Shown one piece after another: positions 47,058 to 55,741 of a DNA stretch of 56,004 nucleotides. The first letter of the stretch is position 1. Each line of letters begins with the position of its first letter. Origin of the DNA: an uncultured archaeon (GTDB lineage Archaea; Asgardarchaeota; Thorarchaeia; Thorarchaeales; Thorarchaeaceae). The notes beneath the pieces are model-generated. The model saw only the letters and a program-made list of their open reading frames with translations, was not told the DNA's origin and searched no databases. The stretch lies in contig CAZPWM010000008.1 in NCBI GenBank assembly GCA_964590575.1, forward strand, positions 1-56,004. Reading direction: 5' to 3'. The position numbers and the translations under genes are program-made.

Positions 47058-47165
47058 ACGTTGACAATGCTCTTGCTAATTCTACATTCAATTTGAATGT
47101 GGGAAGTGGTGACACCGGCAGGAGAGGGGCGGAACATAGAAGTTTCTTGTTGTGGTTCACTCACA
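46700..47165 (+). ncRNA. Possible omega/reRNA scaffold and element right end
   Basis: Position at the tnpB 3' end; hairpin ACATTCAA-T-TTGAATGT (47084-47100); TTCAC/TCAC motifs near 47156-47164. Boundaries are inferred only. Confidence 0.35.
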
Positions 47166-47263
47166 TTCATTCTTGAATCGGGTCAGATAACAATGTCGAA
47201 GGAAGACTTCAAAAGTACCCATTATCTACGACGGCTTCAAACTGTCACTGTGAGTGAGAGAGA

Positions 47264-48205
47264 ATGGCGACAGCCTCAGGAAAAGGTAAGGTAATTCTGT
47301 TTGGAGAACACTTCGTTGTCTATGGACTTCCAGCCCTTGTTGCAGGGATAGCCTCAGAAACAACAGCTATGATCACGCGAGTGCGTTCTTTTGGTTGGAA
47401 ACTTGTGGATAATCGCCCAGCCATGCCGGGGTATAAGGAGAAAAAGTATGAAGAACAGAAAGCATCGATAGATAATATGTTGAAACATCTCGATATCGAT
47501 ATCACCAAGACCGGATTTCAGATTGATTTGGGTGGCGATTTGGTATGTGCTTCTGGTATTGGAGCAAGTGCTGCGAGCTGTGTTGCCATTGCTAGAGCCC
47601 TAAGCGATGAATACTCTCTGGCTCTAGATGACGACGAGATTAACCAAACTGCCTACATAGGAGAAACGGGATATCATGGTACTCCTTCAGGGCTTGATAA
47701 CACAGCATCAACATTTGGGGGACTCATTTGGTTTGTACGTGACCTGGGTGGAGGTCCTCCTAAGTTCGAGAGAATGAAGCTCGGGAAATCGGGAAATCTT
47801 GTGATTGCATCAACGGGGTTAACTGCCAGTACAAAAGTAGTTGTAGGGGATGTTAAGAAAAAGAAAGATGCAAACCCAAATTGGTTCGATTTAATCTCCA
47901 GTGAGTTCAACCAACTTGTAAGTGATGCTAGAGATGCTTTGATTGAACTGAATTTCATCAAAGTTGGGAAATTGATGAATAGAAATCATGAGCTGCTACA
48001 ACAATTGACCGTTTCTTGTAAGGAACTCGATAATCTAGTTGATATTGCTCGTGAAAATGGAGCTATTGGAGCTAAGATGACTGGTACTGGCAGGGGAGGA
48101 AATATGATAGCGCTTGCGCCTGATGTACCCACAATGAAAAGGATAGCAGAGGCAGTCAAGAAAGGAGGCGCTGCAGGAGTGTGGACCACATCATTTGGAC
48201 TTTGA
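47264..48205 (+). CDS. mvk: Mevalonate kinase
   Basis: 'GKVILFGEHFVVYG', 'GIGASAA', 'HGTPSGLD', 'GAKMTGTGRGG'. Confidence 0.95.
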   Translation: MATASGKGKVILFGEHFVVYGLPALVAGIASETTAMITRVRSFGWKLVDNRPAMPGYKEKKYEEQKASIDNMLKHLDIDITKTGFQIDLGGDLVCASGIGASAASCVAIARALSDEYSLALDDDEINQTAYIGETGYHGTPSGLDNTASTFGGLIWFVRDLGGGPPKFERMKLGKSGNLVIASTGLTASTKVVVGDVKKKKDANPNWFDLISSEFNQLVSDARDALIELNFIKVGKLMNRNHELLQQLTVSCKELDNLVDIARENGAIGAKMTGTGRGGNMIALAPDVPTMKRIAEAVKKGGAAGVWTTSFGL

Positions 48206-48214
48206 GGTGAAAAT

Positions 48215-49522
48215 ATGATACTTGAAGAATACATCAAAAAACTACAGCAGAATGGAAAAATCACCACTATAAGCAAGGTCATCTCAAAAAACTTAGAGAT
48301 TGCTGGAGTACTAAAGACCCTTGAACCTGAACCTGTATTGTTTGAGAATGTGAAAGAAAGTGAATTCCGAGTCGCAGGCAATTTGTTCTGCAATAAGATG
48401 CAGGTAGCAGATTATTTTGGGATAACACCTGAGCAGATTATCCCAACTCTCACAAATGCAATAGAAAATCGTAGCGAGCCAGAACAGATTGAGAATGCAC
48501 CGTGTCAAGAAGTGATTGAAGAGAAGGTAGACCTTGACCTGTTGCCTATATTGATTCATAACAAAGTTGATGGAGGTCCATACATATCCTCTGGAGTTGT
48601 AGTTGCTGCAGATCCAGAATTTGGACAGAACCTAGATTTTCATAGAGCGATGCAGATTGGTAAAGATAGAATGGTTACTAGAATTGTTAGTGGCCGCGAT
48701 TTTCATAAGTTCTTAGAGCGTAATGGCGAGGTAGATGTTGCATTCTGTGTGGGTAATACACCTGAAGTGCTGATTGCTGCAGCAACCTCAGTTGAAACTG
48801 GAATAAACGAACTAGAGATAGCAAATGCTCTGAGTCCTATTAGACTCACCAAGGCCAAAGATGTTGACTTGATGATACCAGCAGATTGTGAGTTTGTGCT
48901 TGAAGGCAGAGTAGTGCTTGAAGAAAAACACGCGGAAGGACCTTTCATCGATTTGACTGAAACTGTAGATATCGTTCGACAAGAGCCAATATTCGAAGTG
49001 AAGAAGATAACTCATAGAAAGAGTGCTATTTGGCAGGGATTGTTACCAGGACGTTCAGAACACAAGATTCTGATGGGGATGCCTAGAGAACCTACGGTTT
49101 TCAGAAAGATTAAGGAACGTGGAATTAACGTTCTTGATGTCTATATCACTCCAGGCGGAGCAAGCTGGTTACACGTTGCTGTGAAGGTTCAGAAGAAGAA
49201 CGAAGATGATGGTATTCAAGCCCTAGAAGCGGCCTTTGCAGGGCACAAGAGTGCTAAACATATCTGGGTCTATGACGAAGACATCGATATCTACTCAGAT
49301 GAAGAGCGCGAATGGGCACTAGCCACTAGGTTTCAAGCTGATGAAGATCTTCTAATCAAAGACAAAGAGCCTGGATCAAGCCTGGATCCAAGTGCTGAGC
49401 CTGTCACAAAGCTTACGACCAAAATGGGATTTGATTGTACAAAACCATTGGAAACTAAGGGGAAGAGCTATGATAAGGCAGATTTCCCTAAAGTGAATTT
49501 AAGTGAATATCTAGATGAATAG
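48215..49522 (+). CDS. UbiD-family decarboxylase, likely anhydromevalonate phosphate decarboxylase
   Basis: 'DGGPYI', 'EGPF', 'WALATRFQ', 'SSLDPS', 'KMGFDCTKP'; context of mvk and aconitase X. Confidence 0.9.
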   Translation: MILEEYIKKLQQNGKITTISKVISKNLEIAGVLKTLEPEPVLFENVKESEFRVAGNLFCNKMQVADYFGITPEQIIPTLTNAIENRSEPEQIENAPCQEVIEEKVDLDLLPILIHNKVDGGPYISSGVVVAADPEFGQNLDFHRAMQIGKDRMVTRIVSGRDFHKFLERNGEVDVAFCVGNTPEVLIAAATSVETGINELEIANALSPIRLTKAKDVDLMIPADCEFVLEGRVVLEEKHAEGPFIDLTETVDIVRQEPIFEVKKITHRKSAIWQGLLPGRSEHKILMGMPREPTVFRKIKERGINVLDVYITPGGASWLHVAVKVQKKNEDDGIQALEAAFAGHKSAKHIWVYDEDIDIYSDEEREWALATRFQADEDLLIKDKEPGSSLDPSAEPVTKLTTKMGFDCTKPLETKGKSYDKADFPKVNLSEYLDE

Positions 49523-49541
49523 GTAATTTCAAAGACACAAA

Positions 49542-50489
49542 TCATCTTTTCATGATACTGAAAATATCATCCCATACCCAGTCCTTAATCTGCATCAGTG
49601 TATGAACTCCCTCGTGACACAGTTTGCATAATGCCGCCCATTCGTCTGGATTAAGCGATTCCAATTTTCCTCTAGACCAGAGAGTGGAGGAGTTGTGTGG
49701 TGCTCCATCTTTTCTATGTATGAGATGTTTGGGCTCACCGCATATGGTACACTCAGTGCCAAAGATCCTTTCTCGCAGTTCGTGGATTTCAAGTCTATAT
49801 TTTTTCCTTCTGTTTTTGCGTTCTTCATCTGTAACGATGGGGGTCCTTTTTGTGGTCCAACCCCATTTTTTGATTTGTTCATAGATGTGAGCTATAGATA
49901 CATCCAGCTTCTTTGCAATTTCAATCATAGATTGTTTCTTGTCATAGTATAGCTGGTGTAATTCCTCTTGATTGAGTTCTTTTCGGGAAGATCGACATAT
50001 CCAACCATTCTCTTTGAATATACGTGTAATGGGAGTAAATGACCTGAAACCTAATTTTTTGGCAATCTCTCTCTTTGTCTTCTTCTCAACGAAATAGAGT
50101 TGCCAAATTTCCTCCTTATTCAAATTCATACCTTTAGGTCTGATCTTCCATCCTTGTTCTTTGAAGATGCGGCGGATTCTAGTAGCGGAATTGTAACCAA
50201 AATGTTTCGCAATCTCTTCTTGTGACATCCTCTTCTCGAAATACATCTGATAAACTTCTTCAGAATCAATTTCCATCTTATCTCGTGTTTTCCATCTTTC
50301 TTCTTTGAAAATTCGTACAATAGGTTTCTTCGTTTTGAAACCAAGATGATGAGCTACCTCTAAGAGTGTCTTCTTCTCAATGTAGTATTGTCTATATACT
50401 TCGTCAACATCAATACGAAGCTTTTTTGGTCCGACCCTCCATCCTTGTGCAAAGTTTACCTTCTCACTAGATTCTTTCAGCCTAACCAC
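49542..50489 (-). CDS. Protein with four ~48-aa HTH repeats and a C-terminal HNH-like Zn domain
   Basis: Repeats 'I/L..EE....Y......EIAK..G.....I.RIFKE.GW' starting at residues 26, 74, 123 and 172; 'CTICG...HRKDG.PH...LCKLCHEGVH'. Confidence 0.8.
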   Translation of the reverse strand: MVRLKESSEKVNFAQGWRVGPKKLRIDVDEVYRQYYIEKKTLLEVAHHLGFKTKKPIVRIFKEERWKTRDKMEIDSEEVYQMYFEKRMSQEEIAKHFGYNSATRIRRIFKEQGWKIRPKGMNLNKEEIWQLYFVEKKTKREIAKKLGFRSFTPITRIFKENGWICRSSRKELNQEELHQLYYDKKQSMIEIAKKLDVSIAHIYEQIKKWGWTTKRTPIVTDEERKNRRKKYRLEIHELRERIFGTECTICGEPKHLIHRKDGAPHNSSTLWSRGKLESLNPDEWAALCKLCHEGVHTLMQIKDWVWDDIFSIMKR

Positions 50490-50618
50490 CTTTAGTTATT
50501 TATCATATTATACAAATATTAGCACCTAGAACAGCTTTGGAATCCAATCGGATTCAGTTATTCCGCAGAAATTGAAAGTTTAGTAGAATAAGTAGAAATA
50601 AGAGATGTTCTTCATTTC

Positions 50619-50697
50619 ATTGGTTATGATGCGACCAATCCAAAGTGTCAACGTGATTTCGGAGATTCATTATCTCAAAAAGTATCTAGGTGAGTAA
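50619..50697 (+). pseudogene. Decayed remnant of an alternative ubiD 3' end
   Basis: IGYDATNP...DF, then after a frame change YLKKYLGE*, versus the ubiD end MGFDCTKP...DF...NLSEYLDE*. Confidence 0.65.
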
Positions 50698-50698
50698 G

Positions 50699-51886
50699 AT
50701 GGGGCTCGAACTGACCAAAGAAGAAAAGGAAATGCTTGATGGCAAGCAGGGCAAAGCTACAAGAAAATCTATGGAGATAATCACGACTCTTGGCGAGATC
50801 TATGGAGCTGAGAGGCTCATCCCAGTTTCAAGCGTGCAGATTGCAGGAGTGTCATATGACAATCTTGGAGAGGCTGGACTCGATTACTTGTCTGAGATGG
50901 CGGAAGATGGTCGGACTCAAGTTCTAACGACATTGAATCCTGCTGGAATGGACCTTCTTGAATGGAAAAAACATGGAATTAGTGAAGATTTTGCAATAAA
51001 CCAACAGAGAGTTATTGATGCTTTTGAGAGAATGGGTGTAATCACTACTTGTACATGTACACCATATCTAATTGGAAACCTACCACATTACGGTGAGCAT
51101 ATTGCATGGGCAGAATCTTCTGCTGTTTGTTTCTCTAATTCTGTAATTGGTGCTTTGACCAATAGAGAAGGGGGCCCCAGTGCGCTGGCATCAGCATTGA
51201 CAGGAAAAACTGCAGAATATGGGCTGCATCTTCAAAAGAATCGAGTGGCTCAAGTGAAATACGCGGTTAAGACAGACCTGAGGGAAACTGATGATTTTGG
51301 TTTGCTTGGTTACATTATTGGAGAAAGAACTGGAAAAACAGTACCGTACATCACAGAGATTGATTCAGCAACCATGGAGCAATTGAAGTCTTTCAGCGCA
51401 TCTGTGGCAACATATGGAGGCGTAGCAATCTTCCACATGGAAGGGATCACTCCAAACAGGACTACTATTCCGGAAACGACCGAGGTCATCACAAAAGATG
51501 ACTTGAATGAAGCACGCACTCAACTCGATGATGAAAAGGCAGATATCGACTTCATCAGTGTCGGATGTCCACATGCTAGCATCAAAGAGATTGCTACTAT
51601 TGCAGAGATGCTTGATGGTAAACATGTGACGGAAGGTAAAACTGTCTGGATTACAACTGCAAAACCAACCAAGGACCTTGCGATAAAGATGGGATTCTAC
51701 GATAAGATTGAGAGTGCGGGAGCGTTCCTCGTTTCTGATGCATGTTGTGCTGTTGCTCCCTTGAAAGGGAGATTCACTGGATTAATGACTGATTCAGCGA
51801 AAGCGTGTTTCTATGCCCGAGGAAAGAATAAGTTCAAGACTGAGATACGGACCGTCGAGGAGTGTATCAAGGAGGCAGTGTCTTAA
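50699..51886 (+). CDS. Aconitase X large subunit (phosphomevalonate dehydratase large subunit)
   Basis: 'GVSY', 'TTLNPAG', 'TCTCTPY', 'WAESSA', 'TNREGGP', 'GCPH', 'TDSAK'; ATG 50699 after GGTGA. Confidence 0.92.
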   Translation: MGLELTKEEKEMLDGKQGKATRKSMEIITTLGEIYGAERLIPVSSVQIAGVSYDNLGEAGLDYLSEMAEDGRTQVLTTLNPAGMDLLEWKKHGISEDFAINQQRVIDAFERMGVITTCTCTPYLIGNLPHYGEHIAWAESSAVCFSNSVIGALTNREGGPSALASALTGKTAEYGLHLQKNRVAQVKYAVKTDLRETDDFGLLGYIIGERTGKTVPYITEIDSATMEQLKSFSASVATYGGVAIFHMEGITPNRTTIPETTEVITKDDLNEARTQLDDEKADIDFISVGCPHASIKEIATIAEMLDGKHVTEGKTVWITTAKPTKDLAIKMGFYDKIESAGAFLVSDACCAVAPLKGRFTGLMTDSAKACFYARGKNKFKTEIRTVEECIKEAVS

Positions 51887-52272
51887 TGCAAGGCAGAAAA
51901 ATCTTCAAGGGGAAAATAATGGGAGAAGCTCTAGTTACAGGAGAGGATATCTCCTTCTATGGAGGATGTGACCCAGAAACTGGAGAGATAGTTGAGAAGG
52001 GGCACCATCTTGAAGGAAAATCTGTTTCCGGAAAAATACTTGTTTTTCCCACAGGCAAGGGTTCTACTGTGGGTTCTTACGTTCTTTACGCTCTCAAGAA
52101 AGCAGAGAAGGCACCACTAGCAATAGTCAACAGAATAACCGACCCTGTCGTGGCTGTAGGGTGTATCATCTCTGAAATCCCTGCAGTAGATCAAATAGAA
52201 ATTGAAAAGATTAAAACAGGGCAGAAAGTGGAAGTTGACGCCACTAATGGCGTCGTTTCCATAGTTGAATAA
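51886..52272 (+). CDS. Aconitase X small (swiveling) subunit (phosphomevalonate dehydratase small subunit, DUF126)
   Basis: 'GEALV', 'ISFYGG.DPETG', 'GKGSTVGSY'. Confidence 0.92.
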   Translation: MQGRKIFKGKIMGEALVTGEDISFYGGCDPETGEIVEKGHHLEGKSVSGKILVFPTGKGSTVGSYVLYALKKAEKAPLAIVNRITDPVVAVGCIISEIPAVDQIEIEKIKTGQKVEVDATNGVVSIVE

Positions 52273-52275
52273 AAC

Positions 52276-52911
52276 TCAGAACCGCTGGGCCTGAGGTTCG
52301 AAGTCCTCAGGAGTGAATGCAGTTTCACCTTCCTCTGGCATATCGCCCCTTTCACGAAGTGTTTGTGCAGTTAAGAGGTAATACACTAGTGCTAAAGATT
52401 TGCGACCGCGGTTGTTAGTTGGAATCACAAGGTCGATATTTGTGGTCACGTTGTCAGTGTCGCAAAGTGCAACTACTGGAATTCCAATCTTAGCGGCTTC
52501 TGAAAGGGCTTGTTGGTCAGTCCTTGGATCCGTGAGAATCACCACATCAGGCTCAATGTAGGTCCTCGGACCTGCGATGTTTGGATTGGTGAGGGTCCCT
52601 GGTACAAAACGCTCAGTGAAAGCATGAGCACCAATATAATAGGAAAATGTTTCGACAGGTCTCTTACCGTAGACTCTTCCCGAAACAACCACTATTTTTG
52701 ATGGGTCAAATCGGGCAAGGAACTTAGCAGCTACTCGGACTCGTTCGTCGGTTTTTCGAACATCGAGAACATAGAGACCGATTGGTCTTTGTCTATAAAC
52801 GAAGGGCTCCATATCCTGTGTCTTCACTTGTGTGCCAATGTGACAACCTGCAGCAAGGTAACGATCCATTGGGGTGAGTAACTCAAGGTCTGTAACTTCA
52901 ATTTCTGCCAA
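52276..52911 (-). CDS. rps2: 30S ribosomal protein S2
   Basis: '[10 protein letters not shown]', '[10 protein letters not shown]', '[11 protein letters not shown]', 'IPTNNRG'. Confidence 0.97.
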   Translation of the reverse strand: MAEIEVTDLELLTPMDRYLAAGCHIGTQVKTQDMEPFVYRQRPIGLYVLDVRKTDERVRVAAKFLARFDPSKIVVVSGRVYGKRPVETFSYYIGAHAFTERFVPGTLTNPNIAGPRTYIEPDVVILTDPRTDQQALSEAAKIGIPVVALCDTDNVTTNIDLVIPTNNRGRKSLALVYYLLTAQTLRERGDMPEEGETAFTPEDFEPQAQRF

Positions 52912-52959
52912 GATGTAATACTCCTAAATTTAGAGTGGCTTTGACGAAACCGCTGAGGG

Positions 52960-52977
52960 ATGCTTAAAACCGTTTCG
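52960..52977 (-). promoter_or_regulatory. rps2 BRE/TATA
   Basis: CGAAACGG-TTTTAAG on the minus strand, about 50 nt upstream of the start. Confidence 0.55.
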
Positions 52978-53332
52978 ACAGAGCACCTTTCAGTTTCTCA
53001 CGGAAACTCGTCCTACCCAGCATACCTTTCACTTTCTCTTCTATCTGGCTCCAATTGAAATCGTATGCGCGCATCAACGTATGTGTAACTCTGTGACATG
53101 GCACGCACAATGCAGCCCATTCATCGGGATTCAGCTTCAGAAGAGATTTCCTTGACCATAGAATGTGACTCTTGTGGGGAGTTCCGTCCTTTCTATGGAC
53201 ATGCTCATACGGTATTCCACACAATTTGCACTCAGTCCCGAAAATTTCGTCACGTAGTTCTTTTCCATATTTTAGGACTCTATCATCTAATTCTTGTTCT
53301 TCACGGAATCGGATTACAGTACTTGTGGATAC
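52964..53332 (-). pseudogene. 5'-truncated paralog of the HTH-HNH gene
   Basis: Open frame VSTSTVIRFR...ELRDEIFGTECKLCG...HRKDGTPH..LWSR..L..LNPDEWAALCVPCHRVTHTLM matches 49542-50489; no start codon upstream of the domain. Confidence 0.85.
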
Positions 53333-53379
53333 TTACGAATCCGATTATATGATAGATATTTGAACCAAATAACGTATAG

Positions 53380-53506
53380 CACTGTAGGAAATTATAGAAG
53401 TATTGGTCATCAGGCCCAATATTCAGGAAAATACTACGTCCGAATAGATGTGGAACAGTATTCAGGAGACTATTATGATATAACTATAATGACAACACCC
53501 TCTTAG
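53380..53506 (+). pseudogene. Possible C-terminal fragment of a PPC-like extracellular beta domain
   Basis: 'SIGHQAQYSGKYYVRIDVEQYSGDYYDITI*' with no credible 5' part. Confidence 0.3.
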
Positions 53507-53642
53507 TACACCATCAATCTTGGAGCTGAGAGTGAAAGCTTAATACAATCCTGACCCTCATTAAATGCAGGTTAGACTATGTCGGGAGCATAGTAATGAA
53601 AATCTAGTTAGAAGATTGGAAATTGTATGAGGACGACCTGAT

Positions 53643-54113
53643 ATGCACAGTGAACGACCGAATGAGAATGATGACTTGCATAGCTTTGATAAAATCGCTA
53701 CAGAACTTAAAGGAAATACGCTCCTCATATACTGGCTCCTGTTACGAGAAAGCAGTCCGCGAAGAGCACGTGAGATTCAACGACTTGCAGGACTTTCAAG
53801 TTCAAGTCTTGCTCTCCATCATTTATCAAAACTTATTGATCTTGGTCTTGTAACTACCGATAATGACGGATACTATATTCTCAAACGTAGAATCAGACCA
53901 GGGTTGCTTAGTCTATTTGTAGGATCAGGAGTACTCTTTGTTCCACGATTTGTCTTCTATGGGACCCTCAATACTGCACTCCTTGTGTCATGCTTCTACA
54001 TATTTGGATGGCAGATTAACTCAGCCATTATGATACTAATACTAGTATTGATAATCAATTGCATCATTTTCTGGTGTGAATCTATCAGAATGTGGCGTCT
54101 TCAACCGCTCTAG
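53643..54113 (+). CDS. Winged-helix (ArsR-like) regulator with two C-terminal TM helices
   Basis: 'TLLIYWLL...AREIQRLAGLSSSSLALHHLSKLIDLGLV...GYY' followed by hydrophobic helices. Confidence 0.85.
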   Translation: MHSERPNENDDLHSFDKIATELKGNTLLIYWLLLRESSPRRAREIQRLAGLSSSSLALHHLSKLIDLGLVTTDNDGYYILKRRIRPGLLSLFVGSGVLFVPRFVFYGTLNTALLVSCFYIFGWQINSAIMILILVLIINCIIFWCESIRMWRLQPL

Positions 54114-54188
54114 AAGTTGCTCAGTGCTGCTCAAAAACTAGACTAATTAATTGAGATATAACCATATAATAGAGAGAGTGTCCACATC

Positions 54189-55349
54189 ATGTTATCCGCT
54201 ACTAACAATAGAAACATTGTTCTAATCTTCTTTCTCATCATCTCAGGCGGGCTGACAATTCCCCTCTTGGTTGTACAAGTAGTAGGATATCCCTCACACC
54301 AGGCAACATCGCAAGGAGTGCCTGTCCTTGACTCTGTGTTCGCTGATATGGTCGAATCAGAACCAGATACTGTAATGTTCCCAGCACACCCAATTGTTGA
54401 AACTGATGTATCAATAACAATGAAATCTGACTATGATGATTTTCTACAAGTAAATGAGAGTAGTGCAGTTTCTACAGCTCTTGATTTTGTTTCGCGGATC
54501 TGGTATTTGTCTGATATGAATGTTTCATATGACAATGCAGGTGGGCTTGATGATGGAAGTTGGCACCTTCGATTCCTTGGAGAAGATCTAAGAATCAATG
54601 TTGACGTGAATGCCATAAGTGGGAAAGTCAATTACTTTTCATCTGTATGGCCTATAGGACATTCACCATTCTTTCTAAATCAGACTGAGAGTCACTTTGC
54701 CAGCACAACAAAATTAGAGGATCTCGTATATGATTTCTTAGATCAATTCAACTACACACTCTCACCTTTTGCTCAATATGTTGGTCCTACCTTTGTCTAC
54801 GATTATATTCTCCATCATGATGTTTTCAAGATTTCTTTCTACAATTTCGTGAATGGAGCGCTAATAGAATACAACGGAGTTCATCTTTTTGCTGATGTTG
54901 AAGCAAGTGCAATCCTCAGATTTAGCTATCACTGGATACACATAGATACAATTCCAACAGAGGACATAATCTCTCCAGAGAGAGCAGAACAGTCTGCAAT
55001 AGCTTATCTTGAAGGCCCCATGAACCTTACAGAATATGAGATTCAGGCAACAGGTTTAGTCTTCGAGCGGGTGGGGACACATCCTGGTCACGAATATAGG
55101 TTGGGCTGGGTTGTAATCATAAAGTCGGACTTTGTGGCGTCCATACATATTGATGCGAAGAGTGAAACCCGCTATAATATGGGCTTTTATTCGTTGTTTG
55201 ATTTTGAATCACCATCAGCTCCGTTCAGTCCAAATGTAATGATGCTTTCTTCTATTCAAAGCATGTTGGTCTTCATAATATCTGCCATAGTTGCGCTTGT
55301 AGCATTTACAATAGTGAGGCATAGGACATTTTTATACGTGGGTAGATGA
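54189..55349 (+). CDS. Surface protein anchored at both ends, with PepSY/YcdB-like segments
   Basis: N- and C-terminal TM; 'VDVNAISGKV', 'ISPERAEQSA', 'LGWVV...IHIDAKS'. Confidence 0.65.
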   Translation: MLSATNNRNIVLIFFLIISGGLTIPLLVVQVVGYPSHQATSQGVPVLDSVFADMVESEPDTVMFPAHPIVETDVSITMKSDYDDFLQVNESSAVSTALDFVSRIWYLSDMNVSYDNAGGLDDGSWHLRFLGEDLRINVDVNAISGKVNYFSSVWPIGHSPFFLNQTESHFASTTKLEDLVYDFLDQFNYTLSPFAQYVGPTFVYDYILHHDVFKISFYNFVNGALIEYNGVHLFADVEASAILRFSYHWIHIDTIPTEDIISPERAEQSAIAYLEGPMNLTEYEIQATGLVFERVGTHPGHEYRLGWVVIIKSDFVASIHIDAKSETRYNMGFYSLFDFESPSAPFSPNVMMLSSIQSMLVFIISAIVALVAFTIVRHRTFLYVGR

Positions 55350-55516
55350 CAGATTATTCTCAATCACGAGTTCTTTAATAGTTCAGATGTGAAAGCATCA
55401 GTGAAACGACTATGCGCCTCCAGCTAGTATCACCATTAGGTGATTATATCGAGATTTTCTGGACTTTGTTTTTATTTTGATCTCTCTGCTTCTTTCTCTA
55501 GGTATCAGGGGAGAAT

Positions 55517-55741
55517 ATGAGGGCTAGAGGAATAGTTGAGTCAGGACGAGTTCGAAGACTGAGATTTGTGTTCAGTTGCTTGATTGCGGCTGTTTGGTTA
55601 GTTTTCCTTGTTTCTTCGGTGACTCTGATTGATTTCGTTTATTATCCATTGACCCTTGCTATCGTTTTTCTATTGGTTGTGATCCCACTTGCAATTCTAT
55701 TCATGGATCTGAGAAAGCAATACAAATTTCATCTATTATAA
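55517..55741 (+). CDS. Small 2-TM membrane protein
   Basis: 74-aa ORF with GGGGAG RBS and two hydrophobic helices. Confidence 0.55.
   Translation: MRARGIVESGRVRRLRFVFSCLIAAVWLVFLVSSVTLIDFVYYPLTLAIVFLLVVIPLAILFMDLRKQYKFHLL

Noticed and set aside
50540-53346. Shared AATCGGATT motif near both HNH genes as element ends
   Set aside because: It is only 9 bp, sits at non-equivalent positions (upstream in one copy, inside the frame in the other) and is compatible with chance.
1449-54631. Numerous 60-190-aa alternative-frame and antisense ORFs in the track
   Set aside because: They lie within well-supported genes and show no motifs, RBS or domain features.
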